DNA of 64,000 nucleotides from Nemertoderma westbladi (Eukaryota; Animalia; Xenacoelomorpha), in the NCBI GenBank assembly GCA_032718475.1, contig JAUCBJ010007242.1, positions 100,229-164,228 of the forward strand. The letters are read 5' to 3'. The first letter of the stretch is position 1, and every line of letters begins with the position of its first letter. Positions 24,731 through 34,830 of this stretch are shown piece by piece. The translations under genes and the position numbers were made by a program. Below the pieces are notes generated by a model that saw only the letters and a program-made list of their open reading frames with translations, ran no database searches and was not told the DNA's origin.

Positions 24731-25479
24731 CTTCAGAAAAAACAGAATAAAATTGGATTAGTTAGTAATAAATACTATTACTATTTAATAAAGGTTCTAT
24801 ACCTATAATGATAACGCACAATATCTCTCCTAAATACACAACAAAACAATCCATCTAAACACTATTCCCCTACCAATTAACAGATTACCAATACATCTCA
24901 CTATACCTCATCAAAAATCAATGTCACACCACCACTGCCTTTTCATTACATTTATAATGATATCAACAACCCAAAGATACCCCATTTGCTATCATCTTAT
25001 TGATAAAGCGCGATTTTATACCTCTGTTATAAGATAGAATTATGGAGATAAATTTATACCCCTGTTATATTGAATATTCACCAAGAACAAACCAACAACA
25101 TCTATGGGAAATTTTTTAAAACGAATAAACATGTCAACTGTTGATTTATGACTCCAGCCTAATGGACCATAATAAACAAACACCAGTGACTCTCGAATTA
25201 CAGACCTTCCAACCACCACGCAATGCTCCCATTCCTACAATATTAATGAAACACTCATAACCGACCTTAGGATTAGCCGGGCAACATTATTAGTCCTTCA
25301 GAATATGAGTCATCAATATCAAATACTGTCAACCCCTACAGGCAACAGACCAACTATCCCACTGACTTATACAAAATAAACCAATAATGACGAGAGCAAT
25401 ATATGAGATAGAGGTTACACATTTAACCTGATAACAACCATTACGATCAGAGAAAACATGCCTCATATTAAAACAAAAC

Positions 25480-25740
25480 ACCCCCCCCCCCCCCCCCCCC
25501 CCCTATACTACTAACTGTTAATAACCCCCACCCCTCACCCTCTATCACTATGTCTACTACTAACCATTTAATACCCCCCTCCCCATCCTCTATCGCACTA
25601 CGTCTACTACTACAGTACTAACCGCGTTAAACAACCCCCCCCCCCCCCCATCTATCACTACATCTACGTATACTTCTACTACTAACCATTAAACACCACC
25701 CCCCCTCACCCCACCACTAGGTCTACTACTAACCACTAAC
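25480..25740. repeat. Degenerate ~55-60-bp C-rich tandem repeat
   Basis: (C)n...TCTACTACTAACC recurs ~5 times. Confidence 0.75.
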
Positions 25741-25881
25741 GGGTAGTTGTGCGTGGTAGAACCGCCGTGACTCATCCTCAGAGGATGTGGTGATTGGCAG
25801 GTTGACGCCTGTAGCATTATATATATATATAATACGCATTCTGATTATTTATGTAAACTAGGACCTCAAGCTTGGGATATC

Positions 25882-28116
25882 ATGCTAGAGCACTGTATTC
25901 CTCTTTACAAGGATATGGCCGTTGTCTTTGTGGATAATCTTAGTGTTGAGAAGAGAATAATTAATAGTGGAATTGGATATATTAAGAAAATAGTCTATTC
26001 TATTGAACATGCTCATGCTCTGCAAATGGGTGACAATCCTCCAATTAATCATATTGCCGTAGATATACCAGATTTAAAAATTGATGAGGACTCAAAATCG
26101 TTGGTAAATCCTACATGGGTTCCAATATTTCCAATAACAGCAAGACTTAAGGGTAAAAGATATGCTGAAAAGGGTACCCGAACTCAATTTCCATTTGTCC
26201 CTATGCATGCTATAACAGTTCATAAAAGTCAAGGTAAAGAATTCAAGACTAAACCTGTATATATAAATTTGCAAGCTGAAGATTTAGCAAGATCCAGTAT
26301 ATCAACATTAACCCAACTTCTTGTTGTTGCAATTACACGAGCTGGCAGTATAGAAAATGTATTTGTAGAACCATTTTCTCTAGAAACATTTTTAAAACTT
26401 GGTAATAGTAAAATGGATGGAAAACGTCTTGTTGAAGAACAAATATTAAAGGAGAATTCGAAGACTTTTATTGCAATCTATTCAACAACGTCAAGTGATG
26501 ACAATCAAGAGTTAGATAATTCCACTATTATTGAACATGGAGTTGTCACTGATCCAGAAAAGCATGTAATACGATCAATAGGTATAGATCCTGGAATTAA
26601 AAACTTTGCCGTGGCTGTATGGCACTGTGTGAGTCGGCAGTCTCCCTTATTGATTTATTGCACAAAGTATGATTTTGGTATAGACTTATATAAAGGTATG
26701 CCTCCATCATCAATGATAGAATTCCTAATTAATAAAGATCATATTTTGTTAGATTTGTTCACAAAAAAAGAAGGATCTCGAAACATCAATGAATCATTAC
26801 ATGCTGCTGATAAATTGTATGTAGCAGTTGAACAATTTCCTAATCAAGCAAATCTTAGATGGTTAACGGGAACAATTGTAGATGGTTTGAAATCATTTAT
26901 AGATAATTCCACATCTGACTTTAAATTGATTAATCATTCATTAATTGTTAAACATAGTTCTGGATTTCTTCTGCATGCAACCAGAGGACCATTGTCGAAA
27001 CTGCCAAAACTAGTGAATGGTCTTGGACTCACAATGTATGTGAGACAGCCAAGATACCATGATAATTATGAAACAGAAGAAGAACAGGAGTATCAAAGAA
27101 ACAAAGACCGCCGAGACAGAAAATTTGAAACAGGAAGATTAGCAAAAACTCTATTGCATGGTAAACATGCAGCATTCTCAAATGAACTAAGGGTTTCACA
27201 AAATGTTATTAATGCATTCAAGGAAGACGATTTGAATAAAGCTGATGATTTTGGTGATGCAATGTTACATGGTTTATATTGTCCTTTGGTTCCATCTCAG
27301 AGTATTTCTTCACATGTTTTTGAAGTTTGTCGACAAAATACTCTGGCTGCTTTTGGCGTATTGCGCATTATTGAAATTTCTCCCGGACCAAAGACAACAA
27401 TTGTCACTATTTTTATGTGGAAACCATTTTCTCAAACGCTTGTTCAGCGTATATTTATTGTTAATACTCCTTATGAGAGTATGTTGGCTAAAAGTCTAGA
27501 TAATGTGTCCACAAATGATTTAGATCATCTCAAATTGGAAGATCGTTTGGTTGAATGGAATAAAAATATGCAAAAGGATTTCATAAAATCAATTACTTTA
27601 ATTCAAGAATCATCATGTTTTGAATTAACTGAATGTAGATTTGTTGTAGTTTTATATAGAAATCTTCATCCAAAAAGTTGCTACCAGCACTACATGGCCA
27701 AGGATTTTATACAGCTATTTAATCCAGACATTATTGAATCAAATATTTTCTATAAATCATTTAATGCTGTTTCCAATGTATGGCGCATGATGGATGACAA
27801 TAAAACAAAAACTGGTTGTCTATATCTGCACTCTTGTTGGGACGTTTTACCGGAACTTATGGATGTGGTCAAAGGATTCGATTACATAGAAGAGAAAGTT
27901 GAAAAATCATTTAAGATTATTTTAGTTACTAAAGAATTTACAAATATCAAATTATCAGATATGGCTCTAAACGATATGTTGAATATCCATTCTTGGTTCA
28001 TACAAAAAAGAACCATAGAATCAATTGTAATGGGATTATACACTATCAGAAAGTTAAAACATACTCGCATCAAGAAAAAGAAGATGCCCAGTAATAACAT
28101 TGTTCCAAACCGCTAG
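25882..28116 (+). CDS. Pif1-family helicase C-terminal half fused to an A22/Ydc2-like RuvC nuclease; probably the last exon of a longer gene
   Basis: Helicase: 2B-like segment, RTQFPF..HAITVHKSQG, VAITRA. Nuclease: SIGIDPGIKNFA, VAVEQ, KADDFGDAMLHG. No Walker A/B motifs. Candidate splice acceptor TAG at 25859-25861 and AATAAA at ~28162. Confidence 0.75.
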   Translation: MLEHCIPLYKDMAVVFVDNLSVEKRIINSGIGYIKKIVYSIEHAHALQMGDNPPINHIAVDIPDLKIDEDSKSLVNPTWVPIFPITARLKGKRYAEKGTRTQFPFVPMHAITVHKSQGKEFKTKPVYINLQAEDLARSSISTLTQLLVVAITRAGSIENVFVEPFSLETFLKLGNSKMDGKRLVEEQILKENSKTFIAIYSTTSSDDNQELDNSTIIEHGVVTDPEKHVIRSIGIDPGIKNFAVAVWHCVSRQSPLLIYCTKYDFGIDLYKGMPPSSMIEFLINKDHILLDLFTKKEGSRNINESLHAADKLYVAVEQFPNQANLRWLTGTIVDGLKSFIDNSTSDFKLINHSLIVKHSSGFLLHATRGPLSKLPKLVNGLGLTMYVRQPRYHDNYETEEEQEYQRNKDRRDRKFETGRLAKTLLHGKHAAFSNELRVSQNVINAFKEDDLNKADDFGDAMLHGLYCPLVPSQSISSHVFEVCRQNTLAAFGVLRIIEISPGPKTTIVTIFMWKPFSQTLVQRIFIVNTPYESMLAKSLDNVSTNDLDHLKLEDRLVEWNKNMQKDFIKSITLIQESSCFELTECRFVVVLYRNLHPKSCYQHYMAKDFIQLFNPDIIESNIFYKSFNAVSNVWRMMDDNKTKTGCLYLHSCWDVLPELMDVVKGFDYIEEKVEKSFKIILVTKEFTNIKLSDMALNDMLNIHSWFIQKRTIESIVMGLYTIRKLKHTRIKKKKMPSNNIVPNR

Positions 28117-28726
28117 TCTATGTTTCGTATTTTTGTTGCCACTGTTACGTCTCTTTTTCCCAATAAACTTGGTTGCTTGACTCTTGGGGCGGGTTTGCTG
28201 TGAGGTACTGGTTGTTTTGATGGTGGCTCTGAGAGGGAGGTGGTGGCATGGTACCTTGCAGACACTGAGGCATTATCCTAATTACTTTGGTAGTTTGACA
28301 TTGGAATTTGTTTATAATAATTTAGTATTGTCTGTCATAATTATAAGAGTTATGTATATCATTTATTGTTGTGCGCCATTCTATATGTATTTATATCAAA
28401 AATTCAAAATAAAAGTTAGAGTATACAAAATTATTAAAGTTATCCAAGTGTAATGGACTTCCAGGATTCAGGATTTCAATTGCTACAACAGTTTTCTGTT
28501 GGCTTTACTCTTGTTTACGCAATTTACTCTTGCTGATGAATATTTTAGAACAAAATGTATAATATAAAAATTTACTTTGCAATTGAAGCAAAGAGAATAC
28601 CGTAGTTTGACAATAATACAAATATGATAAAACTTCTTTGTTCTAGAATATTCAACGGCTTCTCAAGAAAACTGTAGCGAAAACCGTACTAAAGCTGAGA
28701 TAAATAATTTGAATTTAGGTTTGTTA

Positions 28727-28904
28727 GGCAGCGTTCACACTACCGAGTCAAGGTCAAAAGAAAATAAATATAGCTACCTAGCAATAATAAATAATAATAT
28801 ATTATATAATATAATACATTAGGGCATTCTAGAAAAAATTACATTTCATGTGATGTGATTTACATTTTGTGTTTTGACTTTGACTCGGTAGTGTGAACGT
28901 GGCC
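28727..28904. mobile_element. PIF/Harbinger-type MITE
   Basis: TIRs GGCAGCGTTCACACTACCGAGTCAA / TTGACTCGGTAGTGTGAACGTGGCC with TTA TSD. Confidence 0.85.
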
Positions 28905-28927
28905 TTACAAAGCTTAGTTAGTAGGAC

Positions 28928-29745
28928 GGTAATGGTGAAAAATATCGAGACTTTAAAAATATCGAGAGTAAAAATAACGAGTGTAAAAATATCGAGAGTA
29001 AAATAACGAGTGTTGAAAATGAACGTGTTTAAAGAATATCGAGAGTAAAAATAACACGAGATGAAAAATATCGAAAATAATGAGAAAAATATCGAAAATA
29101 ATGAGAAAAATATCGAGTGTTGAAAAATATCGATAGTGAAAATATTGCATTCTGCGTGAGCATTTTATTTAGAATTATGGGAGAATATTGCAGTGCATGG
29201 GTTACAACAGTGCAAGTGCAAGTAAGTGGCATTAATACAACCTTGGGTACCCATTCACCAGATTTATTATACTAGCTAGTTTTTGCTATTTTTTAATAAA
29301 TATTATAAAAAAGTGCTAGCTATCAATTTGGATAAATATTTTTGTTCTAGATCACATTTTTTAGTTCTAGATCATATTGTTAATTTTTTAAAATAGCTAG
29401 TATTTTCTACTTCTTTTTATATATGTTATAGAACACGTGTAAGCTACCAATGTTGATAAATATTTTTGTTCTAGAACACATTTTTTTGTACTAGAACATT
29501 TTTGGGAAAAAAGTTATCATACAACCCGTATTAAAAAAAATTGTTACTATCGATATTATTACTCTCGATATTTTTCAACACTCGATATTTTTCAACTCTC
29601 GATAATTTTACTCTCGATATTTTTCAACACTCGATATCTTTCAACACTCTATATTTTTACTCTCGATATTTTTACTCTCGATATTTTTACTCGCGTTTTT
29701 TTTACTCTCGATATTTTTCATGTCTCGATATTTTTCCATATAACC
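28928..29745. mobile_element. Merlin-like MITE with AAAATATCGAG subterminal arrays
   Basis: GGTAA...TAACC ends, inverted repeat arrays, and 8-bp TSD AGTAGGAC at 28920-28927 and 29746-29753. Confidence 0.8.
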
Positions 29746-31319
29746 AGTAGGACCTCGTAAAGGCGTGGTTCGTGGAGTAGGGCACAGAAACTGACGGATT
29801 CTTCGCGAATTTTGCAAACGTCGCAAATTTTGCAAACGTCGCGAACGTCGGGAATTTTATGTTATGTAAAATGGACACTCCTTAAGCAACAGGGTCCCTA
29901 CTTCACCCTGTCGACACCCCAGCCATTTTCCACCAATCCTTTTTTAGAGTTTTTAAATTTTTTTGGTATTGGTGAAAGTTCTAGAACATTAGTAGATATG
30001 TTTTTTACGATAGCTAGTGGTTTTTGCTTGCTAGTATTTTTTCAAATTATAAAAAAATGTGAAAGTCCATGATATTTCAGGTTAAACTATTGAAGAATAT
30101 ATTAATGACCAAAACTATTTCCAAAAATTACTAGCTAGTATAAAATACTAGCTATATATATACCATAAAAAATCTACTAAGGTTCTAGAACATTCACTAA
30201 TATAAAAAAAGCACTAAAAAACCCCAAAAAATGTTAAAAACTGTGGTATACTACACCTAGGGGACTGGCCTAGGTGTAGGAGACCGGTACAGATATACAG
30301 ATTATATAGGATATATGCTGATACTACACTGGCGCAGTGTGTAAGTACTGAAATACAGTACCGGTACCGGTAGGATGCCCATTTAGGCATAATTAGGCTG
30401 TTCGGTGAGCTAATACTGTAATACTTTGGACTTGCTGCTTGGCATTTACTTTGATATTTTATTCTTTGTTATAATTTACTACGATCACTGGCAGACTTAT
30501 TGATATCTGGATATTGCAATGCAGCAATGTGCAATGCTGCAATGGTTCGGTTTACTGGTTTATAATAACATAATAAATAAACTTACTGGTAGATACCGGT
30601 ATTTATTTCTGGAAAATACAGAAATAAGCCAACAGGACGGCTGAAATCGTTCAAAGATTCGGTATTACAGTATTATACACCTGGTTGGTGAGTAACTACA
30701 TACATATATCCCAGTGTGTCAAACGCACATTTTCCGCAGTGCGTATTTAGTGCGATACGCGTGCGTTTCGCTTTGCGTTTTTAGTGCGTTTCTAGTGCGG
30801 AGAACAAAAGAAAATGTGACGGTGTGAAATGTGCGAAACGCACGTGTTTAATACGCGCTTTGACTTTTTTTGTGTGTTTATACCGCATATTTTTCGCAGG
30901 TGGTTTATATGCGTAATAAACATTCAAAAAACGCACAATTGCAAGTGAGAAATACGCAGATTTTACTCACATTTTACACACTATTTACGCTTATTTAAAG
31001 CGGTAAATACGCAGGTTTTATGATGCATTGTATACGCAATGTTTACTCTCCCAATCTCCCAGAACTATAACCATGCTTTAACGGCTTTAACTTTAAAACT
31101 TAACTTTAAGTTAATAAAATATCGTAGAAAAATTTGGGGGGCAGGTACCTGAATAACGACATGATAATTAAATTTAGTTTTTTTAGTTGAAACGTTTGAA
31201 ATTTTATGAACCAATTTTATAATATATTATAGCGGAATAATCGAAATATGAAAATGCTTATTGCTAGTATGCTTATTTAATTAAAACAGAATTAACTACA
31301 ACTTGACTACAATTTGAAA

Positions 31320-32290
31320 TAGCTACAAGTATAACCGAATTTAGCACAAGTATAAATATAAACGGGTCCAGCAATGAGTATAAAAGGGTTCAACTACAAG
31401 TATAACCGAATTTAGCACAAGTATAAATATAAACGGGTCCAGCAATGAGTATAAACGGGTCCAGCTACAAGTATAAACTAGTATAAACGGGTCCAGCAAT
31501 GAGTATATATAAAAGGGTTCAGCTACAAGTATAACCGAATTTAGCACAAGTACATATATAAACGGGTCCAGCAATGAGTATAAACGGGTCCAGCAATGAG
31601 TATAAACGAGTATAAAAGGGTCCAGCAATGAGTATAAACGGGTCCAGCTACAAGTATAAACGGGCCCAGCAATGAGTATAAAAGGGTTCAGCTACAAGTA
31701 TAAACGAGTATAAACGGGTCCAGCTACAAGTATAAACGGGTCCAGCAATGAGTATAAACGAGTATAAAAGGGTCCAGCAATGAGTATAAACGGGTCCAGC
31801 TACAAGTATAACCGAATTTAGCACAAGTATAAATATAAACGGGTCCAGCAATGAGTATAAAAGGCCTCAGCTACAAGTATAAACGGGTCCAGCAATGAGT
31901 ATAAACGGGTCCAGCAATGAGTATAAAAGGGTTCAGCTACAAGTATAAACGGGTCCAGCTACAAGTATAAACGGGTCCAGCAATGAGTATAAACGAGTAT
32001 AAAAGGGTCCAGCAATGAGTATAAAAGGGTCCAGCTACAAGTATAAAAGGGTCCAGCAATGGGTATAAACGAGTATAAAAGGGTCCAGCAATGAGTAAAA
32101 ACTGGTCCAGCTACAAGTATAAACGAGTATAAACGGGTCCAGCAATGAGTAAAAACTGGTCCAGCTACAAGTATAAACGAGTATAAACGGGTCCAGCAAT
32201 GAGTAAAAACTGGTCCAGCTACAAGTATAAACGAGTATAAACGGGTCCAGCTACAAGTATAAACGAGTATAAACTTGTCCAGCTACAAGT
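31320..32290. repeat. Complex satellite of 22-bp variants AGTATAAACGGGTCCAGC(AATG/TACA)
   Basis: Directly visible. Variants are interleaved with 10-bp partial units. Confidence 0.95.
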
Positions 32291-32295
32291 AAAGA

Positions 32296-33450
32296 AACTG
32301 GTCCATCAACTAGTATATAGAAACTGGTCCATCAACGAGATTATACAAACTGGTCCATCAAAGAGATTATACAAACTGGTCCATCAACGAGATTATACAA
32401 ACTGGTCCATCAAAGAGATTATACAAACTGGTCCATCAACGAGATTATACAAACTGGTCCATCAACGAGATTATACAAACTGGTCCATCAACGAGATTAT
32501 ACAAACTGGTCCATCAACGAGATTATACAAACTGGTCCATCAACGAGATTATACAAACTGGTCCATCAACGAGATTATACAAACTGGTCCATCAAAGAGA
32601 TTATACAAACTGGTCCATCAACGAGATTATACAAACTGGTCCATCAACGAGATTATACAAACTGGTCCATCAAAGAGATTATACAAACTGGTCCATCAAC
32701 GAGATTATACAAACTGGTCCATCAACGAGATTATACAAACTGGTCCATCAACGAGATTATACAAACTGGTCCATCAACGAGATTATACAAACTGGTCCAT
32801 CAACGAGATTATACAAACTGGTCCATCAACGAGATTATACAAACTATCAACGAGATTATACAAACTGGTCCATCAAAGAGATTATACAAACTGGTCCATC
32901 AACGAGATTATACAAACTGGTCCATCAACGAGATTATACAAACTGGTCCATCAACGAGATTATACAAACTGGTCCATCAACGAGATTATACAAACTGGTC
33001 CATCAACGAGATTATACAAACTGGTCCATCAACGAGATTATACAAACTGGTCCATCAACGAGATTATACAAACTGGTCCATCAAAGAGATTATACAAACT
33101 GGTCCATCAACGAGATTATACAAACTGGTCCATCAACGAGATTATACAAACTGGTCCATCAACGAGATTATACAAACTGGTCCATCAACGAGATTATACA
33201 AACTGGTCCATCAAAGAGATTATACAAACTGGTCCATCAACGAGATTATACAAACTGCTCCATCAACGAGATTATACAAACTGGTCCATCAAAGAGATTA
33301 TACAAACTGGTCCATCAACGAGATTATACAAACTGGTCCATCAACGAGATTATACAAACTGGTCCATCAACGAGATTATACAAACTGGTCCATCAACGAG
33401 ATTATACAAACTGGTCCATCAACGAGATTATACAAACTGGTCCATCAACA
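32296..33450. repeat. Homogeneous 26-bp satellite (AACTGGTCCATCAACGAGATTATACA, ~44 copies)
   Basis: Near-perfect head-to-tail units with a recurring C/A variant and no spacers. Confidence 0.95.
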
Positions 33451-34830
33451 ATCCTCATTCTCACCTCGTTTTCCTATAAAGATAATATAAGCAGTTTATT
33501 AATATTATATAGGCGTATATACTGTACCATGGTAAATAAATTACTGACTTAATTAATACGATATTAAAGCTCACGAAGACTTATCAAGTTTGAAGACGGT
33601 CACCTATAAATATATTATATATAATATGTTAGTAACATATAATAGTGTAAAATATATACTGGTACATCGAAAAATGTTATACATACGGGGCCTTTCTCTG
33701 CTCCTACCACAAACCAAAGTTATTTCGACCCAATTTCATTCTTAAAATACACCACAGCTGGCGCAAGTAGTTCCACCTCTTCTACCTCTGCATTATATCC
33801 TCTTTATAACACTTATTGGTTTGGATATGTTTTTAAATAAAATTTTATAAAGATAAATTTCTTAAAAAATTACGTAATTTGAAATATAAAAAAATATTAT
33901 TTATTTATTAATTAATTTACTATATTGTTATTATATTGTTTAATTATCCATTTACCGTTTCTTGTATCGCACATCAAGTGATGAGTTTTCCTCATGGCAT
34001 CCACCAACTCCTCCATAGTATGCCATCAAATTTCGGAGAATTAACAATAAATAGCAGATTGGTAACGCCAAGTTTCTGAAGCGAATATTTGACTGGGCAA
34101 CCATTTATAGTTGACCTTCCGGTCACGGATGATTTACGTGCGAATTCGTCAGTAATCAGTCTCCGTAATTGTTTAGATACCGTTTTTTTTAAAGATTTAC
34201 AAATTTCTCGTTTGAGTAAGTCGCATATGTTGGAATGATTGATGATGGTTGTAAGTGATTCTTCATTGGCAGCTGGAGGAGGTGGGAATGAAGAATCGCC
34301 TGAAGAATTAAACGTAATTGGTGCATTGTCTCCTATCTTGTTGTTTATGTCTTTAACTTGTTCTTTAAGACAGTAAGACTGATCCCTACTGATGACCTAC
34401 CTACCCGGTGACCGCTGACCGGCTCACAAACACAACACAGGCCTATCAAGCACATACCTGCCTGCCCGGTACCTGTACCGGTACCTGCCCACAGAGTGCT
34501 GGTCTGCTGGAGTGTTCTCAGTAATCACGCAATGCATGATGGGATATTTCCCATGATGCATTGTGTTGTGTGTAATAAGTGCGGATATGACAGGTTTTTA
34601 ACACACTTTGGGCAAATGTGTACAACACGCACATTTCACTCAATGAGTATAAATAGTTACTGTGTTTTTAGTGTGGAAATTGTGCGGTATTTTCGCCTGA
34701 TGATGCCCTTCAAAATAAATGCGTCAATCCCACATTAATTACACACTTATCCGCATAATTTACGCATTCCGCGTGCGATCCGCATGCGTTCCGCACTTTC
34801 TTGACACACTGGGATATAGGCCTACACATT

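Larger units (their letters stand above)
30710..34813. mobile_element. CMC/EnSpm-like TIR element inside the Gypsy 5' leader
   Basis: TIRs CCCAGTGTGTCAA / TTGACACACTGGG with AT (or ATAT) duplicated. TGCG/CGCA subterminal motifs and a coding remnant at ~33940-34310. Confidence 0.85.

Noticed and set aside
25245-25380. Possible Harbinger transposase N-terminal remnant (LRISRATL...GNRPTI)
   Set aside because: Similarity too short and weak to call by eye.
26570-27280. Fanzor/TnpB/Cas12 call for the GIDPG domain
   Set aside because: No Zn finger or RD.NA motif. The terminal K.DD..DA fits A22/Ydc2-type resolvases.
28113-28282. Convergent minus-strand exon ending at the helicase-nuclease stop
   Set aside because: Open in two frames after an AG, but with no recognisable homology; cannot be supported.
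31320-33450. CRISPR array
   Set aside because: Head-to-tail units with no unique spacers, no cas genes and a eukaryotic context.
34801-34830. Gag-pol start at TTG 34801
   Set aside because: It lies in the TIR of the inserted element; ATG 34831 is the plausible start.
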